From positions 98,270,001 through 98,334,000 of the forward strand of contig NC_042997.1 of the NCBI RefSeq assembly GCF_006345805.1: DNA of 64,000 nt, in the 5' to 3' direction. Within the stretch, counting starts at the first letter, position 1. Each line of letters opens with the position of its first letter. The stretch comes from Octopus sinensis. Lineage: Eukaryota. Below, in pieces: positions 1-12,579 of this stretch. Both the position numbers and the translations under genes were made by a program. The notes under the pieces were generated by a model. The model had not been told where the DNA came from and did no database searches. It saw only the letters and a program-made list of their open reading frames with translations.

Positions 1-715
1 ACCTGTCAACATCACTGTTTCTGTGGAAGTTCCCAGTTGTTGTCAGGATTTTGCGGGTTTTGATATCTATGGAGTGGGTTTCCTCTACAGACCAATCAAG
101 TATCCCAAATGTTGGGATCAGCACTGGTATTGCATATATTGTTTGTTAGTAAACGCTTAAAGGAGAATCTGGATAAACTGTGATTTTCAGAAAGTGAGAT
201 TGACCGGCTGATTCGTACATTACAAGTGCAATCTATAAGTAGAACAGTAAAAATATGCATGACTTTTCTCAAGTTCTGAATGTGAATTTGTCTGCTCCCA
301 GAGATGGAGCATTGTATCTTTGTTGGAAACCGGCTCCCTCCTCAGTGGAAGATTTATTATAATTGAAAAAATAGAAGAGACATACATACATACGACTGCT
401 CCAAGTTTCTATATCCAGACGATAAATTTACATTTATACCAATAATAACTAGTGTATTTGGTTTTGTGAGTAAATGTCTAAGTGATAATCTAGATAAGTT
501 GGGATTAGAATTTTCAGGACAAAAAATAAAAAAAAATTTAAAAAATCAACCAACTAACTCGCCCATTACAAATATAATCTGTAAGTGGAACAGTAAAAGT
601 ATGCAAGACTTTTCTCTAGTTTAAAATGTGACATTCTTTTTGTTATCTATGTTCCAAGGATGGAGGGCTGTATCTTTCTTACAAAACCAGCTCCTTCCTC
701 AAAGGAAGAATTTTA
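1..715 (+). mobile_element. Two tandem degenerate 3' ends of a restriction-like-endonuclease (REL) non-LTR retrotransposon
   Basis: Broken frames read ..VSKRLKENLDKL*FSESEIDRLIRTLQVQSISRTVKICMTFLKF* (~145-280) and YPDDKFTFIPII..VSKCLSDNLDKLG..LQI*SVSGTVKVCKTFL*F (~410-630). Each is followed by a similar 3' UTR segment (gatggag..tgtatcttt..aaacc.gctcc..cctca..ggaaga). Confidence 0.55.
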
Positions 716-777
716 ATGATTAAGAACAAAAGAAATCATACGTAGATATGTATATACACACACACACACATACATAC

Positions 778-884
<107 letters not shown>

Positions 885-947
885 ATATGCATATATGTGT
901 ATTTGTGTACGTACATATGCTAACTCTTTCTTTTATTCATTTTGTAG

Positions 948-1070
948 GGTGCAGATATCGTCATTGCACTAACTCACATGCGGTGGCCAAATGATGAACG
1001 CCTCGCAGAAGAAGCAGAACATATCGACCTCATCCTGGGGGGTCATGATCATGATTATGGCCTTAAAGAG
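948..1070 (+). CDS. 5'-nucleotidase/UshA-like metallophosphoesterase, internal exon (first in window), phase 0/0
   Basis: tttgtag|GGT...GAG|gtatat. Translates GADIVIALTHMRWPNDERLAEEAEHIDLILGGHDHDYGLKE, containing the metal-ligand motifs LTH and GGHDH of calcineurin-like 5'-nucleotidases. Confidence 0.95.
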
Positions 1071-1380
1071 GTATATCCATGGAAGAAACAAATTCTTTAT
1101 TTTTATTTACAAACAAGGCGACGAGCTGGTAGAATTGTAATATTTAAGTTTGTGTGTATCAGTTTTCTACAATAGGTTGACTTGTTTTCATTTTTCACAT
1201 ACAGGACACTGCTTAATCACACATCATTTACTGTCCCCTACTCTTTATTTTTCGGCAACACCATCTATGTACAAATGTACTAATGTAAGCACGAGCACAC
1301 GTGCGCAAGCGCGCGCGCACTCATGCATACATACATGAATACATACATGCAGACAAACAAACAGACAGACATATAAACAT

Positions 1381-2639
1381 ATAAAAGGCAGACTGTATGA
1401 TGCATGTGTACGTACAGCCATGCTACATGATAGTGAAACATGGGCTATGACTGCTGACGATATGCGTAAGCTCGCAAGAAATGAAGCCAGTATGCTCCGA
1501 TGGATGTGTAATGTCAGTGTTCATAATCGACAGAGTGTAAGTACCTTGAGAGAAAAGTTGGACCTAAGAAGCATCAGTTGTGATGTGCAAGAGAGACGTT
1601 TGCGCTGGTATGGTCATGTGACGAGAATGGCTAAAGATAGTTGTGTGCAAAAGTGCCACACCCTAGCAGTTGAGGGAACATGTGGAAGAGGTAGACCCAG
1701 GAAAACCTGGGACGAAGTGGTGAAGCACGACCTTCGAACTTTAGGTCTCACCAAGGAAATGACTAGAGACCGAGACCTATGGAAGTATGCTGTGCGTGAG
1801 AAGACCCGGCAAGACTAGTGAGACCATAACCCGTGGCCAGTCGACTTATACATACCTTTCCTTCTTGGGACACAAAACTCCACTTGTGAAGACCCGTTGA
1901 GGCAAGTGAAAATCAAAATCAAAATCAAACCAAATCAAATCAGATATCAGAAAGCAGAACCAAAATCGAAGTCGATCAACATCAATGGAAATTGCAGCTG
2001 TGATACCAGTGCCGGTGACAAGTAAGCGAACCATCCGATCGTGGCCGTTGCTAGCGCCGCCCCGACTGGCCTCTGTGCCGGTGGCACGTAAAAAGCACCA
2101 TCCGTTCGTGGTCGTTGCCAGCCTCGCCTGGCCCCCGTGCCGGTGGTACGTAAAAGCACCATCCGTTCGTGGCCGTTGCCAGCCTCGCCTGGCCCCAGTG
2201 CCGGTGGCACGTAAAAAGCACCATCCGATCGTGGCCGTTGCCAGCCTCGCCTGGCCCCCGTGCCGGTGGCACGTAAAAGCACCATCCGTTTGTGGCCGTT
2301 GCCAGCCTCGCCTGGCCCCAGTGCCGGTGGCACGTAAAAAGCACCATCCGATCGTGGCCGTTGCCAGCCTTGCCTGGCCCCCGTGCCGGTGGCATGTAAA
2401 AAGCACCATCCGTCCGTGGCCGTTTGCCAGCTCCGTCTGGCACCTGTGCGGGTGGCACGTAAAAAGCACCCACTACACTCACGGAGTGGTTGGCGTTAGG
2501 AAGGGCATCCAGCCGTAGAAACACTGCCAGATCAGAGTGGGCCTAATGCAGCCTTCTGGCTTCACAGACCCCAGTTGAACCGTCCAACCCATGCTAGCAT
2601 AGAAAGCGGCCGCTAAATGATGATGATGATGATGATGAT
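1381..2639 (+). mobile_element. 5'-truncated RTE-clade LINE (ORF C-terminus, 3' UTR and (GAT)n tail)
   Basis: KGRLYDACVRTAMLHDSETW..RRLRWYGHV..GRGRPRKTW..DRDLWK, stop at 1816-1818, is the classic RTE C-terminus. The 3' UTR contains a tandem array and the element ends in (GAT)n at ~2618-2639. Confidence 0.9.
2009..2470 (+). repeat. GC-rich 61/62-bp tandem array (7 units plus a partial) in the RTE 3' UTR
   Basis: Units start at 2009, 2075, 2137, 2198, 2260, 2321, 2383 and 2446. Consensus GTGCCGGTGGCACGTAAAA(A)GCACCATCCG(A/T)TCGTGGCCGTTGCCAGCCTCGCCTGGCCCC(C/A). Confidence 0.95.
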
Positions 2640-2673
2640 ATACATACATTTTATATATACATACATACATACA

Positions 2674-2707
<34 letters not shown>

Positions 2708-2723
2708 CATACATACATACAAC

Positions 2724-2794
<71 letters not shown>

Positions 2795-4992
2795 ATATAT
2801 TATATATATATATATACACACATGTATTCTTGAATGACTTCTTAACTATTTAATTTTCCCCACTCAAATCCGGTGGTTTGCGGTGGCTCGAATTTAGCAG
2901 TCTTTTCTCATAAACGCTGTGCATGACATTTGAATTCAAGGTAATCCCCAAGGTAAGGTCTTGTATTGATGTCTATCTATAGGAATATTCCCCTGGTAAG
3001 ACGAATAAGACCCTTAATAGGTTCCTAACGTCGAAATTGCAATAGGGAATTAACCAGTTATTTCTGTCGCCTGCAGACAGCTTTTATCGCGAAGAGAAAT
3101 AACACGAGTGACAATAGTGGCTTTATAGCGGTTTTGACTGCTATTTCTAAACATGTAAGGGATTTTGAAATCTCCTTATTTATACTTGTGACTTGTTCGT
3201 AATTATGAACATTCTTCTTCTATATATTTTATGATAACATGTTTGGCCATTGATATATTCATGATTATTAGCCGTTTATGATATATCCTCCGTAATGGAT
3301 TATTAAGAGTTATCTCCCATGAATCCATGTCCGCCAAGACTGCAATGTGTCAGCTGTCTAAGGGTATATATATGTCATTTCTTGAACCAAAGAATGGGGA
3401 CAGCTACATTGCCAAAACAAATTTCTCTTCGTGCGCGTAACAACAACATAGATCGCTTTTTGAGTTGTTGTTTTTTTTGTTTTTAATGATTCTCCTTTCT
3501 ACTAAAACAAAGGTTTGAGACGTCTACATCCATTCAGGTATGAACAAATCATTTCTTACAAATTTTGCAGTTGATTTTGTACGGCGTTCACTCTTTTAAT
3601 CGCCAAATATAGCTGGCATGCTTTGGGATGTTGCATCTCTCTTGGCTTCTAAAAGAGGACCTATGATTATTTGACCTTATCTTAAGTTCTTTGTTGTCTC
3701 AACTTATTACTGTATATATGAGTCCCCGTTATTGTTGGTCGACAGAAGCCCTGATTCGTACAACGTGGCCTGTTTGCGATATTGACCTTTCGTTCGATAC
3801 TCGCTGTTAACTCTACATGAGTTTCCTGTCTCTGCGCGGGGGGAATGACATTTACTAATATTTTTTTGATACTTGCCATACATACATACATACATACATA
3901 GATACATAGATACATACATACATACATACATACATACTTACATACATGCATGCATGCATGCAGGTATACATACATACATACGTATGTACGTATGTTTGTA
4001 TTCGAAAACTAGACAAAGATCTTAAGGAGAGCCGGCGTCCTATTAAATATGGTGATATATTTGACTGGCAAGTGATTTGATCTGAGATCTGGGTTTGAAA
4101 CAGAAGCAGTTACAGCTTGAGATAGATATATTAGCCATTCAAAAGCATGCAAAACCCTGTTTTACTTCAATTATTAAGTAGCAAAGTTTATTAAATACAT
4201 ATCTATAAAAAACAGGTGTACTGAACGATAAAATATGCAGTTATGTCCCTTATGTAAATCGGATAACACCTTTCATTTTCAAAATATAATCCTGTGTGAA
4301 CACAGTTGTGGTTTCATGGGTTTACATTACATCTCTCTGTAATCAACTCCAATCTATATAACACTATGAACAGAAATGAATATTTAAGTGGAAGGCGTTT
4401 GTTCGAACTTAAAACCTGTTTCAAGTCATTCAGAAAACATTTTCTCTTTAAAGGATAGTTAATAGTTATGCCCCTTGTTTTGCAAATACAGTTAAAGTTA
4501 TTTCCCTTACAAGAATTATTTCGTTTCACTCTTTTTACATCATAGTTGAAAATTTTGAAAACAAATTACTCGCATAGGTGCAAAGCATGGCTAAATGGTT
4601 AAAAATTTCGTTTGCGATCACGTTTGTTACGGGATCTATCATACTGTGCGTCACTTCATTCAAATATTTTCGCTTATAAAATTATAGAATACGGGGACAC
4701 TCTACATCGATTATAAAATAATAATTCAAGCGACAGAATCAAAATTATCATGTGAGGACGAACATTTCAACATTTAGTACAGAATCATTCCTCAAACCAA
4801 TAAGCAATGTCTAACACTGTAAAAAGATAAACCATTTGAATCATTGAAATTTTAAATTTTTACCTTTGGACTCATGTTGAATTTACTTTTCCGTCCTCTG
4901 CGCCAATAGTAAATGTAGTATAACTTTTTTAAAGAGAAATAATGTTTCCGCTAATATATTTATTTGCATATGAATTTTTTTATAACTTTCAG

Positions 4993-5167
4993 GTAAATGG
5001 TAGGTACATCCTCAAAAGTGGTACTGACTTTCGCAATCTCAGTAAAATTACCCTAAAATGGCCCACACCAGAACCTTCCAGTGTCATTGTGGATATAGAA
5101 AGAATAGATCTGGATTCTTCATACCCTGAAGATGAAGACACAAAAGAAGTTGTGAATGATTATTTAA
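4993..5167 (+). CDS. 5'-nucleotidase-like exon, phase 0/1
   Basis: ctttcag|GTA...TTAA|gtgagt. VNGRYILKSGTDFRNLSKITLKWPTPEPSSVIVDIERIDLDSSYPEDEDTKEVVNDYL; the KSGTDFR motif is typical of this subfamily. Confidence 0.93.
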
Positions 5168-6559
5168 GTGAGTATTGACCATATTTACCATTTACAATAT
5201 ATTGACAATATAAATGTAAAAGAGAACGTTGAAAATTGATTACATCAGAAAGATACTAATTTGCTTCTTGATTACCATTGATTATATGCAAAAGTGGATG
5301 TGGTGAATGTTATTGCAACATATTTTATGCTGTGTTCCACTTTTGCCAAGCACTCAGGAATCAAGCAAAGGTGAGATATACTGTTATTCAATAAAATGAA
5401 GCAAGCGGAGCTACATATTTTGTTTATGGTCTTGAAGCATAACAGTTGAAACATTGTTTCCGTCGTCAATTTCATTGTGTCTCACATGATTTGGATGTTG
5501 AATTGATGAATTTATGATGCAAAATAACATTGAGTCAGTTCATTTAAGAACGAAGGAGAGGTTCGCATTTAAATGTTTGTTGATTAACAATGGATATAAA
5601 ATATCTGACAAAACAGTTTTCTACCTAAATATAAGTTCAAATTGTGTGATTTACATCTCAACATGCACTAAAATAAATGTATATTTCTCCTTCTAAAATG
5701 CCAGTATCGAACACTTTAACGTACTGCATTAACCTAATCAGAGAAGTGTACCCATCTCAAATGTGATTCCTTTAAATCTAGTTTTCTATCATTACATAAA
5801 ATTTGGAAATATTTTTATTTAGTGTCTTGCCAAGAATCTTTTGTTAATACGAACACACCTGTAATATTTGTTTGGTTATTTTCATCTGTATCTTAAATGA
5901 GAACAGGTATTCTTGGACTGGAGTTAACTGTTGACAATCAGAAATACATGGTTTTTCAAAAACTACAACTTCCTGGTATTTTGTGTTAAGAAAAGTTAAA
6001 CATTTCCCAAAACGTATGAATCCACATGACCCCTATTCAATATAAATTTATTCGGTAAAAATTAAGTTATTGACAGATTATTTCTACTATTAGATGATAA
6101 TAATAATAAGTAACTTTCAGAGGAATATCTGTTATCAATTTCCTACAGATTGCCTAGACAGTGCACAATTTGATATTTTTCCAAGAAATGTTACAGATTA
6201 TACGAACCTGTGAATTCAAAATTTGGCAATATGAAACTTAATCTACTGAGCTTCGTACACTCTACGAATATTTTTAAATCATTGTTATGGATAGATACAT
6301 AACAATGGTAGATTAATTGTAGATATAGTAAAATGATCCTCATTTGTGTCGAGCAGAAGTTTTCTTTGAATCCATTGTCAGACCTAATTTTAATTCTCAA
6401 CTGAGGCACATTCATTTTCTCCAAGTAAACAAGCAATTCCGCGGGGAAAAGCATAAACTTCACAATAATCCACTTAGCTTTTTAAGCAAATAAGCTACTT
6501 TGTGCCTTGTTAAAATAACCGCATATGAAATTACATGTTTATTTATTATTTTCTTTTTG

Positions 6560-6930
6560 CTAGTTTTCAATCTAATGCTCGTTCATAACGGCGCTTGTTG
6601 GAATAATAATGATGTTACTATTCAGAGTCTTTCCAGTGATTTCAGATCGGATCCACTTTGTCTAAGAACGATAGTATTACGTAAGCAAGACCACTATATA
6701 CCCAAGAACTTAAAGAAGTGGAATATGCTTGTTCATTCAGCCTCTTGTAATCACTTTCTCTTCGTGGCGTAATCAGATGAAACAGTGCCCACGACCATTT
6801 TCAGGCATCAATGATTGATAGGAGGAAGAGAGGTTATCAATGGACTAGGATTCTGGTAACAATGTTTGCAAAGGACAGGATCTGGTATTAAAATGAGCGT
6901 CAGAATATGAACAAGAGTAGTGACTTTGAC
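6560..6930 (+). mobile_element. Old, highly degenerate RTE-like LINE C-terminal remnant
   Basis: Fragments ..LKKWNMLVHS.., ETVPTTIF..RRKRGYQW..NNVCK resemble the RTE WFGH/RGRPRKxW region. Confidence 0.35.
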
Positions 6931-7261
6931 AGGATTGCAAACTATCTAATAAACAAATTTTAACTAGTATTGCTTTAGTCATCATGAGTTTATGGTGGAA
7001 GATATATACTCAAGATGTGTAAAGTGGGATCGAACGTGAAATTAATAGTTGCTGGACAACTTCTTTATAACTGTGTACATACAGTTATGTGCACTGGAGC
7101 CGCGTGAGTTTAAGTATTCTGCTGCTACCATGCAGTATAGAAACAATGTAGTAGCCGAGGACAGAATTTTTCAATGTGGATTCCATGTATAGCATTTTCT
7201 TCTTTTAATAAAATCTGAAGCTATAAAAAAAAGTTATTCACCATTTTCACAATAATACTTT

Positions 7262-7490
7262 AAGGCGGCGAGCTGGCAAAAACGTTAGCATGCCGAGCGA
7301 AATGCTTAGCGGCATTTCGTCTGCCGTTACGTTCTGAGTTCAAATTCCGCCGAGGTCGACTTTGCCTTTCATGCTTTCGGGGTCGATTAAATAAGTACCA
7401 GTTACGCACTGGGATCGATCTAATCAACGGGACTCCTCCCCACCCCCGAATTTCGGGCGTTGTTCCTAGAGTAGAAAAGAATAATTTATT
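7262..7490 (+). mobile_element. tRNA-derived SINE (family A); second copy at 10522-10757
   Basis: aaggcggcgagctggca (A-box-like) and gagttcaaattcc (B-box-like). It aligns by eye with 10522-10757, which ends in an (ATC)n tail. Confidence 0.7.
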
Positions 7491-7595
7491 ATTTGTCATT
7501 TTCTTGTACATGAGTAAAATATCTCTCTAATACAATAAGTGCTTCATTTAATGTCTTACTAAAATTTCAATGGTGAGTTTGTTGTCTATAATATA

Positions 7596-7812
7596 CGAAG
7601 GGATGCTAAATAGTTCCTGGCTTTGGATACGAGAAAATACAGGAGGATTACTTAATTATGATTTTATTCAACATATTTCCCCATCAGATTCACAAACTTA
7701 TTGCAGCAGTCCTTCAGTTTTTTCTAAGCCCTGCAAAAGAACTTGAAATGTTGGGCCGCTAGCCAGGCCTTTCGCGACATCCTTAAAGCCAGGAACTTTT
7801 CAGCACCTCTCG
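7596..7812. mobile_element. Mariner-type MITE
   Basis: Terminal inverted repeats CGAAGGGATGCTAAATAGTTCCTGGCTTT / AAAGCCAGGAACTTTTCAGCACCTCTCG, flanked by TA on both sides (7594-7595, 7813-7814). Confidence 0.8.
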
Positions 7813-8199
7813 TATGTAGTAACAGACTCTGTGAGCTTTGGAGAATAGTATAATGGATTCCACTCAAAATACGTCTGTGAACTACGAGTTAGTGGTTGGA
7901 ACTAGTATATTGATACCCGTTCCATTCAACTGGTTGTTACTGTGCTGGAGATATTCGTGAAAAGGATAATGCGAGTGGTAATGTGGTGATGTGAATCATG
8001 GTAATAATGATGATAGTTGAAGAGTCAGATACGGTGACAATTGGGACAAAACTGATTGTAGTAATATGTGCATTTGGAGTAGACATAATGATATTTGTTA
8101 TGTTGGTAATATGGAAGGGTTATACTGATTTGATTGCATACGGCATTAATTTTAGCAAACGATTGCTTGAAAACTATCTTGTACAACTGTATTTTTCAG

Positions 8200-8295
8200 A
8201 AATTGTTGACACCAAATTAGATGAAGAGCTTGGTAATATATCAGTGCCACTCGATGGCAGATTTAGTGCCGTCCGCACACGGGAAACCAATTTAG
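8200..8295 (+). CDS. 5'-nucleotidase-like exon, phase 1/1 (start of C-terminal substrate-binding domain)
   Basis: ttttcag|AA...TTAG|gtaaat. KIVDTKLDEELGNISVPLDGRFSAVRTRETNL(G), with the conserved VRxxETNLGN motif. Confidence 0.93.
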
Positions 8296-8519
8296 GTAAA
8301 TGTATATTTTATATGTAATCTTTATGAAGTTGAAGTGGCATTTTAACTATTTTTGATATTTGATATATATCCTTCAGAGATGCACATATCGTCAGCCACT
8401 AAGGGACATGGTCAACTGGTTAAGGTCAAACAACTGACAAGCAAATCTGTGGTATTGAGCAGAATATTTGCTGTAGCCCATCTATTATTATTATTACTAT
8501 TATTATTATTATTATTATT

Positions 8520-10270
8520 GTCATTGCCTTTGCACAGCTAACACTGGAGATGGACTACGGTGTCAGCTGTTCACTACCAGTGAGCTAAGGTAACACATCT
8601 TATTTTTCGAGCACCTTCCGGAGTACTCGAGTGGTTCCAAGCAGTGCTGTTTTCTGCAAGTGCTCCACCCTTATTGCAGCCCCTATTTGTTCCACGTACT
8701 TCTCGAGATTTTTGCTTACTGTTTCCAGGACTCCGACAATTATTGGTACTACCACTACCTTTTTCATCGACCACAACTGCTTAACTTCCCAAACTAACCT
8801 GTCATATCTCACGACTTTTCTTTCTTCCTTATCGCATACCTTGTTGTCAGATGGGCATGTAATATCTATGATCCAGCATAGTTTGTTTTCTTTCTCAATT
8901 AAGACTATGTCTGGCTTCCTATTCTCTATCTCATGATCGCACTGAATCATAAAATCCCAAAGGATCTATGCATTTTTATTTTCGACGATGCCTTCGGGTT
9001 TGTGGTCATACCAATTTTTTGCTGTATCAAGTCCATACTTGTTGCAAAGTGTCCAATGGACAAGCCTTGCTATATTGTCGTGGCTTCTCTTATATTCCTT
9101 CTGGGCTAGTGGCGTACATTGGCTGGTAATATGCCATACGGTTTCACCATTTTGTCGTCCACAAATAATTCTGCACTTATCACTTTCTGATGTGTTGTCT
9201 ATTCTGTATTTTATGTAGTTTGTTCTTAGTGCTTGCTCTTCGGCAGCACAAATTAGAGCCTCCGTTTCCGGTTTTAAATCCCTTTTTGTCATCTACAGCC
9301 ATCTTTCTTCTCTGTCTGTCTTATCTTCAACATCCCTATGAAACTGACCGTGCATTCTTTTCTTTACCCACCTATTTTCAGCTTCATTCGTTTTCAATAT
9401 TTTTTTATAATGCTTTAACTTTGTAATCTTTCATCTTTACTTCTAATTATAGCGGTTCAATGGCATTTTTTACATACCATGCTATGTTGTTTTTTTCTGC
9501 TCTAATGCTGTGTTCGCATCCAATAAATCCTTTCTCCCTTCTTTTTCTTGGTACATATAGTCTGTCTGTGTCACTTTTTGGGTGGAGTGTCCCATATCTA
9601 GTTAGCAACTTCCTTGTCTTTCTTTCTAAGCTGTTTAGTTCATCCACTGTCCATGTGATTACCCCTGCACTATTTCTAAGGAGTGAAACTGCCCAGGTGT
9701 TGATTCTTCAATGTTATTCCGTCCGTTTAATTTCGACTTAAGGATCAGTCTCAGTCTGAGCAAGTACTCCACCTTTAATTTTTCTCTCATTTCTTTCTCC
9801 ATCAAGTTATCCATTTCCACAATCACCAAGTACTTATAGCTCGTCTCTTCTATCTGCTTCATAACCTCCACCGACGGTATCCTTACCCCGTCCATACATT
9901 TGATTTTGTCTCTCTTCAACACTCACACACCACACCTTCTCAATCCGAACTCCATTCTGGTATCAGTACTGAATGTATACACCGTATCAATGAGGGCACT
10001 GACTTGGGCTTCATCTTCACCATAAATTTTGAGGTCATCCATGAATAACAAATGGTTGGCTTTTTATTGACGGCTTTTGAATTCATACCCCGCCTGCGCT
10101 TTCATCAGAATCAGTGCTAGTGGTATCAAGCAGAGTACAAAGATGAGTGGAGACAGGCAGTCCCTTGGGAAGATGCTCCTCCTAATTTCTACTGTCCTTA
10201 AACTTCTTCCGTATGCTATCAGTTCCGTCCTCTAATTCGCCATACTTTTGCCAAGCAATCGCACAACATT
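8520..10270 (-). mobile_element. 5'-truncated R4/Dong-like non-LTR retrotransposon (RT, zinc knuckle, REL endonuclease), disrupted
   Basis: Minus strand: GDCLSPLIF..NHLLFMDDLK (~10021-10180), YKYL, HPKSDTDRLYVPRK, CRIIC..ETVWHITSQC, RKPDIVLIEK..DITCP and ALLGTTRVLRKVL. The 3' end runs into (AAT)n at ~8484-8520. Confidence 0.9.
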
Positions 10271-10275
10271 CGATG

Positions 10276-10511
10276 CTTCTTCTTCTTCTTCTTTCTTCTT
10301 CTTCTTCTTCTTCTTCTTCTTTCTTCTTCTTCTTCTTCTTCTTCTTCTTCTTCTTCTTCTTCTTCTTCTTCTTCTTCTTCTTCTTTCTTCTTCTTCTTCT
10401 TCTTCTTCTTCTTCTTCTTCTTCTTCTTCTTCTTCTTCTCCTCCTCTCCCCCTCCCCCTCCTCCTTCTCCTCCTCCTCCTCCTCCTCCTCCTCCTCCTCC
10501 TCCTCCTCCTC
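10276..10511 (+). repeat. (TTC)n followed by (CCT)n polypyrimidine tract
   Basis: Directly visible, ~235 bp of mirror-repeat polypyrimidine sequence. Confidence 0.95.
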
Positions 10512-10521
10512 ATTATTATTG

Positions 10522-10757
10522 AAGGCCGCGAGCTGGCAGAATTGTTAGCACGCCGGACAAAATGCTTAGCCGTATTTCGTCCGTCCTTACGTTGTGAGCT
10601 CAAATTCTGCTGTTGCCGACTTTGCCTGTCATCCTTTCGGGATCGATAAATTAAGTAGCAGAGAGACACAGGAGTCGATTTAATCAATAACTCCTTTCCC
10701 GACCAAATTCCAGGCTTGTGCCTTTAGCAGAAAGGATCATCATCATCATCATCATCC
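10522..10757 (+). mobile_element. tRNA-derived SINE (family A)
   Basis: Similar to 7262-7490, with an (ATC)n tail. Confidence 0.7.
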
Positions 10758-10907
10758 TCACACTGATAAATAAAAGTTTCTTTTAAAATTTTTATTATTA
10801 TTTTTTTTTTAATTCTTAATCAAACTATCAAACATTTTTAATTCAACGTCTATTGTTATTACTCCATGATACGATCTGACTTTTACATTTTACGACTTGC
10901 TTTTTAG

Positions 10908-11075
10908 GGAATTTCATTACTGACATAATGCTGTCAGCAACACAAGCTGATGTTGCCCTTATCAACTCAGGAACTTTCCGTTCAGATAGAATCCATCCAA
11001 AAGGACCATTCAAACTTCAGGATCTTATGGATATCTTACCTATGGTGGACCCACTTGTTGTATTAAAAATCACAG
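10908..11075 (+). CDS. 5'-nucleotidase-like exon, phase 1/1
   Basis: tttttag|GG...ACAG|gtttgt. NFITDIMLSATQADVALINSGTFRSDRIHPKGPFKLQDLMDILPMVDPLVVLKIT; NSGTFRS corresponds to the NxGxxR motif. Confidence 0.95.
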
Positions 11076-11181
11076 GTTTGTATTTGTATAGAATATATAA
11101 TATACTATATTATAATATATAATTTAATACATTATATACACACATACATATACAAATATGTATGTATGTGTGTATTTGAGT

Positions 11182-11218
<37 letters not shown>

Positions 11219-11513
11219 TGTGGTTAGGGTGTTACATTCACGATCACTACATAGTGGTTTCAATTCCTAGACTGGGTGGTGCGCTGTGTTTTTGAGCAAA
11301 ACACTTCATCTCATATGGCTCGGTGATTACTTCGTCATTTGACGTACACCTGTCCAGACAACATTTTTGTTTTGATGCTGGAAGTGACCTAATGTACGGT
11401 ACATACATTTGATCACTATAAACAAATCGTTTCAGCAGATCGTTCAACAAAGGCTGAACGGTCACACGCCATCTTGAAATGGAGAGTCCATCAAACATAC
11501 AAACATACGTACA

Positions 11514-11597
<84 letters not shown>

Positions 11598-11678
11598 GGT
11601 GTGTGTGCGTGGGGGTGTATATGTATATATATATATATATTTATATATATGTGTGTGTGTGCGTATATATATGTGTAT

Positions 11679-11728
<50 letters not shown>

Positions 11729-11781
11729 ATATGTATATATGTATGTATATATGTATGTATATGTATATATATATATATCTA

Positions 11782-11833
<52 letters not shown>

Positions 11834-12579
11834 GAGAGAGAGAGGAGAGAAGGGCAATTATGCGGATAAGAGAAAGAAAGAGAGAGAGACAGAGAGAGAC
11901 AGAGAGCATTTTATCGCGCCGAAACACTGATATATCTTTTGTTTTTTTTTTCTTTTCTTGTGGGTGGTCTGTGGAATAAATACTCAAATTTTCAGATGAC
12001 AATCACTGAAATTTTAAAACTACAGAATCTTAATATTTAACGTGTTGTACGTACATATAGATATGCATTCAAGCGCTCGCATATAATAAAATATGTAAGA
12101 AATATATTCATTTTAACAATGTTTTGAGTCGCCTTTATTGAGTCATTTTCTACTCAGTCTGAAATTCTTGTGCCTACATAAGATTTGTTTTAAATGATAG
12201 CTTTCCTTGGTGATTTTCATCTTTCCTATATAGAGATCAAAGTAGACCTAATGTACATCGGATGAAACGAGATTAACTATTGCATTACCTCCCTTGAATA
12301 GAATTAGATCGGCTAAGTTTAATAACAGAAAGAAATGAGAAGAAATGACAGAAATATGATTGTCATTTGAATTTATCAAAGTATTAACTTAGATACGCTG
12401 ACCCAGAATTTCTCTATACACCATGTTTCATATTTTGACATGAAACTAGATGGGTTGCTGTGTAATTCCTGATGGAATCAGTTAGTTAAATACAATCACT
12501 TCTACCTGGTCTCTCATTTATTATGGAGATGAACTATAGCTGTGTATGTTGCGTAAATTACACATTAGAACACTCTGTG

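Noticed and set aside
1071-1175. Extensions of track ORFs beyond the exon ends (also 4942-4992, 7998-8199, 11076-11122, 13387-13614, 17797-17828)
   Set aside because: They are intron read-through past clear GT/AG sites, and family similarity stops at the splice junctions.
1450-1495. CUGACGA...GAAA inside the RTE ORF
   Set aside because: Stems I and III do not form; it is a chance match in coding sequence.
1846-2524. Four overlapping 128-207 aa ORFs, and a possible CRISPR-like array
   Set aside because: The ORFs follow from the GC-rich 123-bp dimer period. The units are contiguous with no unique spacers, and there are no cas genes in this eukaryotic context.
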